Positions 12,431-26,300 of a stretch of DNA of 64,000 nt are shown here, one piece after another. Source of the stretch: Lingula anatina. Its lineage: Eukaryota > Animalia > Brachiopoda. The DNA lies in the NCBI GenBank assembly GCA_051362555.1, contig CM120642.1:23808001-23872000 (forward strand), given 5' to 3'. Every line of letters starts with the position of its first letter. Position 1 is the first letter of the stretch. Below the pieces are notes generated by a model. It searched no databases, had not been told where the DNA came from, and saw only the letters and a list, made by a program, of their open reading frames with translations. Both the position numbers and the translations under genes were made by a program.

Positions 12431-13861
12431 TACAGTACCCAGGGCCGTAGGGTAAGGAAAATGTTCGGTGTGTGTGTGGCAGCCTCCACAGATTGATTTT
12501 TCACTAAATATCAACCTATTTCCTATTTCGCTGGCTAATTCTGTGCACTTTTCTATAATGAGTGTGGAAATGCCAAAGTTCAAGAACCACAAGATACATG
12601 AAAGCAGAATATTTGTTCAGCCACTTGAATAAAGGAAATAAAATAGATTTCTGATAAACTGGGAGGAAAAGTCTACACTAAAAATCTGTTGGAATGCCCC
12701 TCCCCCCCCCCCCCCTGCCGCCCACGGACCTTGCGGCTGATATCCACACGCACCACGTATGGTATGAAATAGATACAACTTTATAAAAATGGGCATCTTC
12801 ATCAAGTAGTATTGAAATGAGACATGTCGTTTGCCTCTACTTGTGTGCATTGCATATTTTTGTTATAAAGGTGACTGGTCAGTGTAAAAAAAAAAAAACT
12901 CGGAGTGAAAGCTTATTTTCTGACCCTCGTTTTAAGTGGATAGAAGTGGATAGATGGAGTACGAGAGACCTTGCAATCGAACAACATCCCACTCAACCAA
13001 GCATTCCAGCTCGCCAGAGATAGAAAACTCAAACTCTTTCTCCCCTCGAAACCCTAACTGGTATAAGAAGGATGACAAAAGAGTTTTAAGGTTGACTGAA
13101 CACATGATTCCTTTGACACCAAACTACAACTGATTACAGTTTTATATCGAAACTATTGATAGCGTGTGATCACAGGCTTACAACAACAAGAATGCTTACA
13201 ACGGAAGTGTACTGCCCAACTGTAACAATTCACGTTCAACGCCATGCATTGCGTTAGGAGAGAACGAGTGGGCAGTGCATCACTTCTTCCACTTCTTGTG
13301 AAATGAAGTGTTGTATTTGTTTATATTTAGAAACAATGTACCCCAAAAAGGGGAAGGGTTTAATCAAATTTGTTAAAATCAAATGGGGTGAAAAACATTG
13401 CCATTATCTCTCTATAGTCATCATATTAAAAAAGAGAAACAAAGCCCTTAGTATTATAAACCAAGAAGGTTATTCTGCAGACATCAATGATTATTTTTAG
13501 TTTTCTTTTATAGTATATGTATAGAGTAGGACCTTGGCGGTCGTTATACCAAGTCTCAATATTTAGCATGCAATTGAACATGCACTACGCGTGTGAATTA
13601 CAACTTATCCTGGCTTTTTTTCGTCCCAAACGTGCATTTAAAATATAGCACCGTTTACACTGTAAAAAGATCAATGATTTTTGGAGCATGCCGCCGCGGC
13701 AGGTCTTGCAGGGATGATGGATACCTCCGTGAACAAACAATAGAATGTCCCGATTTTTGTGTGCATTACGAGGCCCTGCAAACCTTTTGGAAATATTATA
13801 TGTTGTAAAACGTGAAAATACCGTTTTTTCAGATCTTTTATTTGTCATGTTATAAACAAAA

Positions 13862-13864
<3 letters not shown>

Positions 13865-13926
<62 letters not shown>
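13865..13926. repeat. (TA)n microsatellite
   Basis: Direct reading. Confidence 0.95.
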
Positions 13927-13929
<3 letters not shown>

Positions 13930-14187
13930 TCACGTTCCACAGTGAAATTCCGCATAAAACATGAAACGGTTGCATTTGCTCTTATCTCTCACATTTACCA
14001 ATCTAGAACATGAAATATAATAATAAATAATAAAAGAAACCAATCTTACCTCATTTTTTACAAAGGGAAGGTGGCAACCTGCTTGCCTACACTCCGTTGG
14101 TGCAGCCTGTGGAACGTACCCAGAAGCTCACTGACGGAAAAGTAAAAAACTATGGACTGGAAGAAGGCTAACACTTTAAGAAGATGC

Positions 14188-14356
14188 CAGGCCCGTAGCC
14201 AGGGGGGGGTTCGGGGGGTTCGAAAGATCCGCCCCTTTTGGTGGGAAAAGGTCCACTCTGGGTAAAATTTGATCTAGGTACATAAAGTTTTTATGGAAAA
14301 AGGTCCACTTTTTCAGAAAAAGAACCCCCCTTTTGAAATTGCTGGCTACGGGCCTG
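14188..14356. mobile_element. hAT-like MITE with 5-bp TSD
   Basis: Perfect 15-bp TIR CAGGCCCGTAGCCAG...CTGGCTACGGGCCTG flanked by GATGC on both sides. Confidence 0.85.
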
Positions 14357-14763
14357 GATGCCCTCTCTCTCCCCCAAATATATATACTATCTTTGCCACC
14401 AATGCATTCCCTTTATTATTTTCCTGCTAAATACTTGCTATTTTATGGATATTATCAAAAATAGACACTGCAAGACATATATGAAAATGCCTCACACTAA
14501 TATAACATTCTTTGTGACATCTTCATATCACTTGAGAGCATGCTTGTAATATGATGTATTAATATATATGATATATGTACTTTCTAGTTGACTAGACTTC
14601 TGGACATTTAAAAATGTCACCATTTTGCCACTGAAAAAACATATCATCGATTTTTGAACATAAAACCTCTTTGTCTAGTTTTAAAGCTAGACATTTAGTC
14701 ATCATCTGTCATTCTCTTTCATAGCAGGCGCATAGGAAACGATTTTAACAGAAACAGGGCTGA

Positions 14764-15023
14764 CCATTCCATCTCACCAAATTCTTTTTGGATCCTATAA
14801 GATTTCTCGTAGGAGATTGAGCCAATTTCTTATAGCACCTGTGGGTAATCCTATACGAATTCGTATAAGAAATATTTGTAAGGGCAATAACTTCTCCCAT
14901 TCCATCTCATATTCTTTTTGGGTCCTATAAGATTTCTTGTGGGAAATTGAGCCAATTACCTACAGTACTTGAGGGAAATCCTATACGAATTCGCATAGGT
15001 AATTTTAAGGGCAATAACCTCTC
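14764..15023 (+). repeat. Two-copy tandem duplication (~130 bp unit: 14764-14896 and 14897-15023)
   Basis: ccattccatctca...cctataagatttct...attgagccaatt...cctatacgaattcg...aagggcaataac in both units. Confidence 0.85.
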
Positions 15024-16057
15024 CCCTCCTAAAAACTAGTAGGGTTAGCTGATCTCTTCCAGATTCCAGCGGTCTGGTGGCATTTTATTTTTTTGCTAAA
15101 TTTCTCGCTAAAATCTGCACAGGATTAGCCCGAAAATTATCTGTACATATCAAGCGCAAAAATATCTGTGGCGCTACTAGAGGGTAAGGGTCGGCTGTGG
15201 TATGCAATTAGACCACCACACCCTACCTTACAGAATCGAATTCTTGTCGCTCTCCTTGTTGACACATTTTGTGCAGGCCCAGTTTCCAACCGCATCTTTG
15301 CACACGCGCACGCTATGTAGCGTTTCACTAGCGAGCTTAAGAAAAGAAGAAAAAAAATCGTCATTTACTCACAATGTTTAAACAGCAGCACAAACTTCGA
15401 ACATCTGTCTATGCGCAACAGCTGCTTCTCTTCGTTGATTTAGACAGTCGATAGATTATTGGTCTCTTATTTTAAAGAAACAAAACGCTCCACACTAAAT
15501 AAATATGTGACAGTTAAATTTTAAAGAGGAGGGGCTTGGGGTCACAGGAATTAACTTGCTTTTGGACGAGGCATTGTTTGTGAAGATAATGTAGTGTAAT
15601 ATAGAGGACGCACATTTATTCCATCGCAAAGAAACAGGCCCATGTACCTTCATATTCCAGAATTGCAAAATAATTTGAATTGGAAAGATGTCTTGAAAAT
15701 CGGAAGAGGGCAACATGAAATGTTGCAGATATTTTGAAATACAATTCCAGGGTATTCAAAAACTGAAAACATAATGAAAACGCAACAAGGAGTCTGCATT
15801 AAATGTCAAAATATGCTAAAATGCCTTGGATTTTTTTCTATGTTCTTTTCTGATGTAAAGAAATTAAGTGTAAGGCGATGGTAAACCGTGTGTTTGACAA
15901 GCTTGTTACTTTAGTATGATATCTTCAAACTTACATTCTCAAACCCACCAAAAGCTTACTGCGTAACCGGCTACGTGCCGCATGCGCAGATAAAGTTACC
16001 CTTTGCAGTTAGCATTGAGGAAGCAAGAAACGGCGATTCTGAGTGAGGGGCGGTGTT

Positions 16058-16066
16058 TGTGTGTGT

Positions 16067-16097
<31 letters not shown>

Positions 16098-16109
16098 GGG
16101 GGAGGGGGG
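16058..16109. repeat. (TG)n followed by a long G run
   Basis: Direct reading. Confidence 0.9.
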
Positions 16110-16844
16110 CTTTGACTGGAATAGCTCCAATCTGCACCTTTTCCATTCGCACCCTTTGGGTGTACCCTTGCCTGCTAATCGCCAACACCGTCTTTTCTAC
16201 TTTAGGCGATTTCAGAAAGGAACATCTATGCAGTAGCTAAGACAGACCCTAGCTTTTAAGTCGAGGCAGTCATGAGGACTAAGCGCGTGCCTTTTCAAAA
16301 ACCGCAGAAATCTAAACCGTCAACTAATTGCAGCCTCGTGCAGCGTTTCAATCATACCTAAAATGAATCAGCAAAAAGACTTGATTTGGGGGAAAACAAC
16401 TGCAATTGCTACATAATTTCTGTATAATCGACCACAAAAACACGAATATATTGCTGGCTTGCAGTTGACTCTTCCACAATTACTAAAACACGCTGCAGTA
16501 GTTTTCAACAATACAGACGTTAGTTTCCGACACACAACTACGTATTTTTGAACGACAAATGCTAAGGTAGGTACGTTGAGGAATTAAGAAAAAAAATGTC
16601 TTATTGGTTGTTGAATTGCTCTTCCGTCCTCGTAAGTGGTCGATATCAATTGTTAAAGGTACATGGACTACCACATCTAATCAAGCATATATTGATTTGA
16701 AATGTAGTTAACAGAATGCATTCTTAATGTATAGATGAAAATGGCCAAGGAAATTTTCAATTTCAAAAACAACAGGTAATAGACATGAAATGTAAACTTA
16801 TGCTTGTTGCGTCCAGTTGGTCAAAATGAGTTAGGTCGCACTAT

Positions 16845-17020
16845 TTAGTGAGTTCGCGCTCACTCCACGACAGACTTATCCATCTCCTCTTGTCTCTGGA
16901 ACGTATTCGTACAGTAACCTTCTTTTCTGTATTCTACTCAAAGCCAGGAGGAGGCATGTTAGTCTGTTCATCTGATTGCTTTCAGTGAAAGTCTACCGTG
17001 GAGTAAGTGCACACTACTAG
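16845..17020. repeat. Interspersed repeat with inverted ends; partial second copy at ~46385-46465
   Basis: Shared gtattctactcaa.gc.aggaggagg...gttagtctgtt..ctga; ends cactccacg..agact / agtct..cgtggagt. Confidence 0.6.
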
Positions 17021-17941
17021 TAGCTTGGGCGTCCTAAGTCAGCGCAAATAAAAAAATCTAAGAGAATAAACAAGGAAATTGCGCTACCTTAAAATCTATA
17101 TCGAGTTTCGAAATGTTGTCGAAATGAATATAAAGGCCACCACAAATGTACTTTCAAATCTGTCTTATATAGGGAATGTCACGCGGCAAAAAGGGGCGAT
17201 AACAGCATGCTTTTCAGTGCATGTTTGACATATAAACAACAACGGGACTTCACAGAGCCCCCCAGACTGTCACATTGCAAGCAAGTAGAGATGTTCTGTT
17301 GTCAGGACCCAGGGCGGAATCCATTTGATGAAACGGGTTACATAAAGAGGGAGCGATCATCGTGTAGATATGCTCATTTTGGCAGCGACAGAGGTAATAT
17401 AACAATAAAATTTCCAATGTGTGCTAAGTAACAATACTGGTTAACAACGGTGAATTTTTTTTTAAATTTTTTTGCTTGCTTGTTTGTTTGTTTTTTATGT
17501 TTAATGGTGGTGAAAAATAATGGACCGAAACGTCATGCCTCGTAGGTTTATTTATTTACTTATGTATCTTATGTATATATTCATTTGACTAATGCTTTTG
17601 AGGTCGATACTATGCAGTGCAATACAGCATCATAGGTTGATTCGTACATGTATAGCAACTGTCGTTGAACTTTAAACAAAAATGAGTTAAAATTTCCGAT
17701 ATTGTCGAAAGTAACACTCCTCAAATTCAACAGCGAACTGATTATGATAAATTTTATATGCTGTCCACTTCCCAATATGCCTTTGTAATATTTTATTTGA
17801 TCAGATATGCACATGCTCATTTGTGCTTTCCGAACAGAGGAAATGCTCTTACTATTGAAAATTATATTTGTTATTCATATCTTATGCATAGGCGTAATCA
17901 CCATGGCATCATGGAATTGGGGTACAATTTATTCTCGTTGT

Positions 17942-17942
17942 C

Positions 17943-18019
<77 letters not shown>

Positions 18020-18020
18020 G
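17942..18020. repeat. (AAT)n abutting (ATT)n: AT-only palindrome
   Basis: The microsatellite switches strand at AATT (17981-17984). Confidence 0.95.
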
Positions 18021-18331
18021 TAGCCATAAACTATTATATACAAATTAAAATTCATAAAAAATTGATAGTCTTAGACTAAGTCTAGGAGTCGTAGAGGAAA
18101 CTGTGAAAGGAGAAACTGAATGATAATTTCCTGTGGCAATATTGGTTTTCACACCATGTATCAGTCATAAAGCACGTGCGTTATACGGGTGGACATATTA
18201 CACCCAGGAAATCTTCTTTCCCCATATCTGTAAGAGAAGCGGAAAGAATTCAAGAATATTATTAGTTCTGTGATCGCATTTCTGCTATGGATAGCGCATA
18301 AAGAATGTTACCAAGGATTGGATTGGGCCTG

Positions 18332-18577
18332 CTACCAGACTCGGCACATAAGGATCCTGAATTAACCGGTATACCGGACCGCACTACCCGTTTTCAAGGT
18401 GTGTGTCAGATCGCATTTCGGAGTATCATACCCCATAATTTTGTAGGACGACCGCGGGCTCATCCTGTCGGTGTTCTGACAGATATTCCGAAATGCAATC
18501 TGACACACACCTTGAAAACGGGTAGTGTGGTCCGGTATACCGGTTAATTCAGGATCCTTATGTGCCGAGTCTGGTAG
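18332..18577. mobile_element. Long near-perfect foldback element (~95-bp arms)
   Basis: CTACCAGACTCGGCACATAAGGATCCTGAATTAACCGG... mirrored by ...CCGGTTAATTCAGGATCCTTATGTGCCGAGTCTGGTAG. Confidence 0.9.
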
Positions 18578-18854
18578 TTGGGTAGGCCTGGATAGAGAGC
18601 CCAATGATATTTCATTTATGAGTGATGACAACTGGGTTTACAGCCCTGTTTCAGGCGTGCCTTTAAGGCCTAGACCCTGTGCAATAAATGGAAATATAAT
18701 TACTCATACCCCTTAGGATCCTTCCAAGTCTGTCATTCATTAAAAGCTACATACATTCTATTAGTTCGACTCAATAACAGACACTAAATTAAATAGATAA
18801 AGAAACATTGTAATGTTGTAATATTAAAGACACAACTGGATTAATGAATGCAAC

Positions 18855-18980
18855 AAAAAAAAAAGAAAAGAAATGAAGAAGGGGAAGAAAGAAAAGTTGA
18901 GAAAGAAAGAAACAAAGAAAGAAAGAAAGAAAAAGTGCATGAAAGAAGGGAGGGATAGGAGAGAATGGAGGAGAGAAAAA
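18855..18980 (+). repeat. Purine-rich (GAAA)n low-complexity tract
   Basis: Direct reading. Confidence 0.8.
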
Positions 18981-19775
18981 CAAAAACATGACATGACACA
19001 TTGCTTAGAATAGACCTATCCCTGAACCTTTATCTACACCCCTCTTTTCTTTATTAACCAAATTACATTTCCGACACGATTTGACATTATCTGGTGCTTC
19101 CCTTCTACCACGGTAACTGTACGTTTTCACTTCAGTCCCTTCACCTGTTTGTGAAAGATTGGGATCTACTCGACTGTAAAACTGCTTAGAGAATCTCTCT
19201 TGTTAGACTTCACCGTTTTCGTTCTTCTAAGTAATAGGGAGACATACGATACTATTTACCTTTTTCTTTTGAGGCACAAACTATAAAGAATAACGTGCAA
19301 TGAATCAGTACTCAAAGTGAGCTAGCTAATATTTCGATCCAGTGGTAAACGACCACTGTAAACGATATCTACTTATCACATTTCTGCACACGAGGCAGAG
19401 GTAGACTTATTGGATTTTGACTGGAATTCTTAACCGCAGTTTGTTGCAGGATTATGAACTCACACTTTTTTGTACTAAATCTTAAAGATATTAAAGGCCA
19501 TCTTTATGGGATTTACCTGCCAAAATGGATTTTCCCGGAGAAATAAGCTTTTTCTGGTACTCATTCATAATTTATCTATTCCTATCTGCACTAGGATTCT
19601 ACCTTTAATTAAATTTATAAAGAGTGATTTAGTTTAAATGACTTCGTGAGCTTCGATGGAAGAATCAACATCAGGTACGCTCAAAAAAAAAATACTTAAG
19701 GGATTAAATAGTTTTTAACGTGTTATATAATGTGATATGCAAGGTTTTATAAGAAGCTGTGGATGGCAAAAATAA

Positions 19776-20038
19776 GGGTGTATTCCCAGAGATTTAGATC
19801 GATCCAGAGATTAAGATTTAAATCGACCTAACTCCCTGGGGGTTCACGCTAAATTGCAGTCAGCCGAGCGGGCACCATAGTTAATTACCCCCTTACAGCT
19901 TTTAGTAGGCGGGACAGACGCTTAAGCCGGCCAAGCTGACAGTAATCGGGACGGACATTTAAGCTGGATTATCTGACGGTAATCTAGTGAGACTCCCCAC
20001 AGGGATAGATCGATCTAAAAATCTATGGAAATGGGGTG
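19776..20038 (-). mobile_element. MITE family B (GATCGATCT / CCCCAGGGAGTT), TAA TSD
   Basis: TAA on both flanks; imperfect TIR; homologous to copies at 27051, 33075, 48703, 59709 and 62420. Confidence 0.88.
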
Positions 20039-22779
20039 TAAGTTAACAGAGGATTTTCAAACCCCTGGAGTGTATCAATAAACGCTTATTTATGTAGATT
20101 AATTGCCGCTAAACTAGCTCAAATGCTACCACATAGAAATCTAAGAGAGTTTCGTTAATTTTTCCCCGCCACCACCCAAAAATATTATATTTACAAAAAT
20201 GTTTTGGACTGGGGGGAGGGGGAATAAGTACCTCAAATTTAAGACCAAAATTTTGAAGAAAGGGCATTTATAAGGCCTTTTCATAGTGCCGGATAACAAT
20301 TTCGTTTTTTTTTCTTTTTTGTAGAGTGGGGCGGGATTGATTTTAATCGTGTCGTACAAGAAACTGGCACTTATAATTTATATACGTCACTGGGAAATTT
20401 CTCTCTTTCTGTATCTTCAAAAATTTGTTTGTGTTAATTAAATCCCTAGGTTTGGGAGGGAGTACGGTCGCATGAGCCTCCCCCCCCCCCCAACACACAC
20501 ACACACCTTTTTACTGAGTATTCAAAAATGAAACCAACGACACACGATGATATTTTAGCTTTGCAGATTCATTTGACTGTCCATAATTGCAAAAAAAAAA
20601 AAAAAAAAAAAAATCTAAGACGTTAAAAAATTTCATCATGGAGAAAGAGCACTTTTTTTTAGTTTAGTAGTGAAAGGATAAACGCAATATACTGTATGTA
20701 TGGCGGTGTGGGCCTAGCTGTTAATTGGGTCATAAAACGACAGTAGAGAATAATTCGTAAATAATATACAGTATTTGGCGGGAAGTATAAAGTTTGCATC
20801 CTGAGTTTACAGTGGTTTAAGAAAGTCACTCAGAAACGACAGAGCTACAGACCTGCTGAGATCAGAAAAAGTCAGAATTAATATTTCTCAGTTTTTTTGC
20901 TGCAAAATCCCACGAACGACGTTTCAAGCTCAACTGCCTTACAGACTATCAGACGCAACGGTTGTCGAACCTTTTGGCTAGTCAGACTACCTGCGCATTT
21001 TAAGAACGAAACCTATAATAATGGGGAGCTATCCTGACGATCCTGCCAATGATCGTCTTTCAAGCAAAGAAGGATCCCTCCCCTAGCAACTTGGTTGTCG
21101 ACTACATTCAACGCCCCCTATTAGACAACTTGATAACTAGTTCCAGGTACATGCATGTACTTGTGCTTAACTGCATGGAGGGCATTCAAAGACCAAATGC
21201 TTGAAATATCTGCGCTCCTTGGAGTGAGCCCGTCAGTAACATTTCCCTTTTACTGCTTGTTTTTTTTTTTCCATAAAAATTTTTAAAATATGTAAATAAA
21301 TTGGCTGCAACTGTGTCTTTACAGCATTATAGGGACGAAAATCACAGTAGATATAATTCTATACCGTGATTCCTGTCTGTGGCAGAAATATATAGAAATG
21401 AATCAAATTAATTTTTAATGTTTTTATTGGAACAATTACACAATCATAACTTGGATCAATCCTTCCTTGTAAATGGACAAACACTGACATGTAGGTGAGA
21501 AAAATATTGTTACGCACTTTGGCCAAATGAGATAATCGCGAATTAGAAAAAAATACGACATATCAGAAAGCGTACATTTATCGAGCAAAATATCCACCAT
21601 AAGTAAATCTTGAGCAAAGTTACATAAAACGTGCATAACGTAGAATAATTACAAAAAAGTACATAACGTCTAAGCTAAGTAATTTCATTGGCAACAGGTA
21701 ACCGATAAGACTACGGTATCAATCACTATTACAGTTCTTATCTTCTATGGGTCGCTGACTAGAGGAAGTCGTTGAACAAGCGAAAGTCATGATCATTGAA
21801 CTGCTTAGAAAGATGTGGATTTTACAAGCTTGATTGATTTTATACATATTTGTAACAAATCTAGAAAACGTGTATAGAGGGAAGTAGAAAGACAAAGCTA
21901 CAATTAATGACACCTGTGTCAACTAATACAACATGCCAAACATGAATCACGGGTGAGAAGAAAGAAAGGTTTAATATTTTTAAAACTTAAAGTGAATGCT
22001 AAACAATTCTAAGTTTATCAAAAACGTTATATAAATTCGGTAAGATTACATGAGAATATTCCGTTACATTGTGTACAGTTATTCATACAAAACTGTGATG
22101 TTACCCGAAAATGAAACGGCAGTAAAGCAAAGATAATGAATAAACGTCAAACGGAAGTTTACTAATCTGTATGGTATCAAACAGAGAAAGATATTCCCTT
22201 GGGTAATCATAAGAACTGTATGTTCAAAAAAAAGAGGCTTGTCTACAAAACGGGCTAATGATAAGGAATGCACGTAATAAACTACACTAGACAGCACAGC
22301 GGCAGTTATCCAACACCGTGTCAACATTGGGTCACTGGAAAAATTCACCAACGTAAGCAATAATCTACAAGTATGCATGTGCCACTGTCACTGCTGCGTG
22401 ATGACGCGACGCCGAGCACTATCCAGAAACAAGGCTTTATCTGTTGCTCTTTGTCATGTTGAATATTTTTTTATTCATATGAATTATGTAATAATTTGTA
22501 TATATACTCTTTTTTGCTTTCATTATTAACTGTCTTTTAAATAATATCTCATTGTAAATTTTATTTAATTGTGGATGCTATTTATTACCTTTATAAATAC
22601 TTATAGAAATATCCTTATACGTATTTGCTAATGTTTGTAGATTGATCAAACGTTAAGCCCCCCCCCCCCCCCCCGCCTTCCCTAATATCCCACCTTCCAC
22701 GCGTAAGCAGAATATAATCTAGAATGTAGAGCTTGTTTTACCCAGAAAAGTAATAAATGGACCTCATTGCGTGCACTGT

Positions 22780-23095
22780 GCATGGTTTTAAGCTTGCAGC
22801 ACACGTTCATAACATGTGCATCTTCCGCAACAAGACGTGTACTTTTTACTGCTCTGGGAATCTCGTCCATTATGACGTTAAGGTGTCTCCCGGTTTGAGA
22901 GTATCTCGCACTTTCTAATCATATTAAGCATGCGCAGAAGCGTGCTGGGGAGTATGTCGTAAACAATCAAGAGTCGCACTGTATGAAGTGACTATAATAG
23001 AGTTTCTACATCCGGATGCAGTTCCCAACCACTTTCAGAGCCACTGCAATCCATACAGCCTCCCCGCACTTCATGTGAGCTTCAAATAAACGAGG
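22780..23095 (+). promoter_or_regulatory. CpG-rich candidate distal promoter of NR5A
   Basis: CRE-like TGACGTTA (~22873), NRF1-like GCATGCGCA (~22929) and ETS-like CCGGAT (~23011) directly upstream of exon 23096. Confidence 0.45.
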
Positions 23096-23303
23096 ATGGA
23101 GCCGAAGGAGGAAGAAAATCGACTTCGTATGGAGAATGCATCCCCTGCAACAACATTAAATACCCATGATGTTGCCTCTGAACTCCAAGGCACTACTAGT
23201 GATGTGTCGCCTCTGTTATCGCCTTCTGACGGCGCGTCCAGGTCTTCTACAGACTCAATGACCATCTTAGCGTTTGAAAAGACAGTGGAGGAGTTAGAGG
23301 AAG
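23096..23303 (+). CDS. ftz-f1: NR5A distal alternative first coding exon (acidic, Ser/Thr-rich N-terminus)
   Basis: aggATGG start; 208 nt; G|gtgagg donor in phase 1 matching the acceptor at 45613; sits at the end of a CpG-rich promoter-like block. Confidence 0.68.
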
Positions 23304-26300
23304 GTGAGGTTAAATTACTGTAAATGGCCGAAGCCATGGTGTACTGATATGAACGGGGCATACTAGGTCGCGAAACTAGGTCATCGTGATCCGTGTAGAT
23401 TTCAGGTCGCTTTGGAGCTCTGCCTGCTGGTGTATTTCACACCAGGCATAGAGTCGTCATATTTTGTATCTGCAAGATTGCATGTGTTACAACAACGTAT
23501 ATGCACAGTTCTATCTGACTTAGCCGTCCACTGTTATGCATTTATTATTTCAAAATATTGAAGTATATAAAAAAAATTAATATGTGGGAATATGGTTTGA
23601 AAATTAAAAGGGATAACAGCAGTTCATATGGGATTTAAATCTCACAATAAAGAAATTGTGAACAACAGGTAGAAAAGCCCATTTTGCCACCAAAATGGCA
23701 GATATCTTGATTATTCTGAAATCTGTGCTTGTCATCCATGATGATCCAACCTTGTAGATCTTCATAGTAATATGTAAGGGTAGTAATAATGGCTACCCTA
23801 CGTAATAATACCTTACGAGATTTTTTCAAAAAGAACACTAAAAAAATAATTAAAAGAAAACTACTTGAAAAATCTGTTTCATGGCACTTTTCCAGCCAAA
23901 ATGAAGAGTTGTTATCGCTTTAATGCTTTTCATGAGATTCCCTATTCAATATTGAGAAAGAGGGGGGTAGAAACAAGTTAGGCATACCAATAGATAGAAT
24001 GCAAATTGTGATATAACAGAGATAATTTAAGAATAAATAGTACTTGTATTTATATGTGCTGAATAAATGAATGGTTTATTTTTAATAGTAAACTAATGTA
24101 ACTTATAGCACACATTGATGGATGTAAGCTACAGGAAGCTACACTTACAATGTACAGCACGGCATAATAATTGCACTCTAGAAACAAAAAGGTGCTATGA
24201 GACTTCAAAGATTCTATCAAAAGTCTTGTACCGTGAAATTACATTTATGATGGATGATGCTCAACATTCCAGTTGCTCAGTTTGAATGCAGGTTGAAATA
24301 AGGTTGATCCTGATCAATTAAAGATGATCCTGATCGTAACCATTTATCAGAACCTACAGCAGATAAAAATACTTAAATGTCAACTTGCTATTTTCCAACA
24401 CATCAATTATTTCACTCAAATGTTTTCTATATTAGATACTGAAAAAATGTGAATCAAGCTAATTTTAAGACTTGTTATGTGTACAGTAATTACATTGAAC
24501 AGGGCTTCAGTGAACAGTGGGATAGACAGTCTCAGCAATTAGCAACATTATTAGGCTTCGTTCACATGCAATGTCTATTTTCTAAATTCTATTTTCTATT
24601 TGCGGTATGTCTTATGATCACGGTCTGTGGCCTGAATATCCCGTGGCGTAATTACTGGCAGCGCGAGCCAGTTACTATAAGTTACTATAAGTAACTGGCT
24701 CGCGCTGCCAGTAATTACGCGGCGGGATATTCAGGGCACAGACCGTGATCATAAGATAGCGCAAATAGAAAATAGAAATTAGAAAATAGACATTGCATGT
24801 GAACGAAGCCTAAGAGTTTTTATCTTGATAACATGAACAAGACTAATAGACAGCTAATAGAATCCAGATATCCAAGAAATTCCCTACAACCCTGTAGAAA
24901 ATGGTGAGTCGAAATTCTGCTAATATTTCATGGCACAGTCAATGAAAGCTCATTGAGTGAATGAATGAAATATCACAGTTAGGATCTTTTATTCCTCTTC
25001 AAAATAAATATAAAATAAGGTGCTATGTTTGATAATTACATCATAGACATAGTTGACAGGGAGTCACCCAGATGACCTGTTATGATTACTAGTATGTCGA
25101 TCACGAACCGCGTGTAGGTACGTATAGAGCATGGTTGGAAATGACGTAATTATTAAAGGTGGCTGGAATATAGCGCTGCTAAGGGCTAGAAATGAATAAA
25201 TGAAAATTATATGTAGGAAATGAGATGAAAGATGAAGAACAGACTTAGAAAGGAAGATGACGAGGAGGGAGGAGGTGAACAAAATAAAGCATACAACTTA
25301 CCGATCTGTTTCTTTGGAAGTACATGAATGTTCTCTACAGTTTGGCTATCTGGAGTCGATCGTTCTTGCCAGAGGCTGGATACGATATGACCGTACTCGC
25401 TAAGATCACGACATGTAATAGTTGGGTCTCACGTTAATTAGGACGTCTAATGATTGGTTAAAATGACTCAATAAGTGCAGTGGAGGCGCAAGTGGCTGTT
25501 AAAACTGCACCTGAGCGACTCCCTACTTATTATTTTGGTCATAAATGGGATTGCGTCTAAGGCTGCAATCTTGTTTTTATAAATAAATGCCCTAAAGAAC
25601 CAGCTCAGATACATTTTTATGACATGTAAAAGGGTGAAATCATCAGTTCAAAATGCTCAATTTTCAGCACTACAGTGCATGAACTGTGCATCTTGCTGTC
25701 AGCTGAATCCAACATGTCTAACCCAGGAGTGATACACAGCCTTCCTGTAAGATAAAACTTTGCACTGGTTGTGAGCTCTGAAAACATTGTAATGACTAAT
25801 TTCTAAAATAACTAATTGACTTTTAACCAAATTAACACACGGGGCAAAGTGATACTTAACTTGTCAGGTATTGTAAATAAATGCCCAGCAAGGTGATAAT
25901 CTGATGGTGTCAATTAGTCTGTTTTTCTGTCTAAATTTAGTCAGATGTGAACACGCTTTTCTATATCAGAAGTTAAATATAAAGTAAAAAGGAAGTGCTA
26001 ATATATTTATGTCTGTTAAATAAATCTTTACTTTTCCCAGGGTTTTCCTTTGGTTATGTTTAATCAGAGTGAAGACATACTTAGTCAGGTGCTGTTCAGA
26101 TTAAAAATCTAGGTTATGTCACCCTGGATTTTTTTATTGAAGTATAACTAGCATATTATTTTTAGTGATTTGGGAGACAGAAAACAAACCTTGTCTGGGT
26201 GTCAAGGGGTGAAATGAGGGGGGGGGGTATTAGGTTTTTTTGCTTATAACTGACATGGAATGGCTTTTTTATTTGCAACATTCTTTGTCTTGTTTCAGGC

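Noticed and set aside
12287-15023. Repeated units as a CRISPR-like array
   Set aside because: Only two-copy tandem duplications with no spacers, in eukaryotic DNA.
18305-18716. Overlapping ORFs on both strands sharing PDSAHKDPELTGIPD
   Set aside because: Artefact of the foldback palindrome at 18332-18577.
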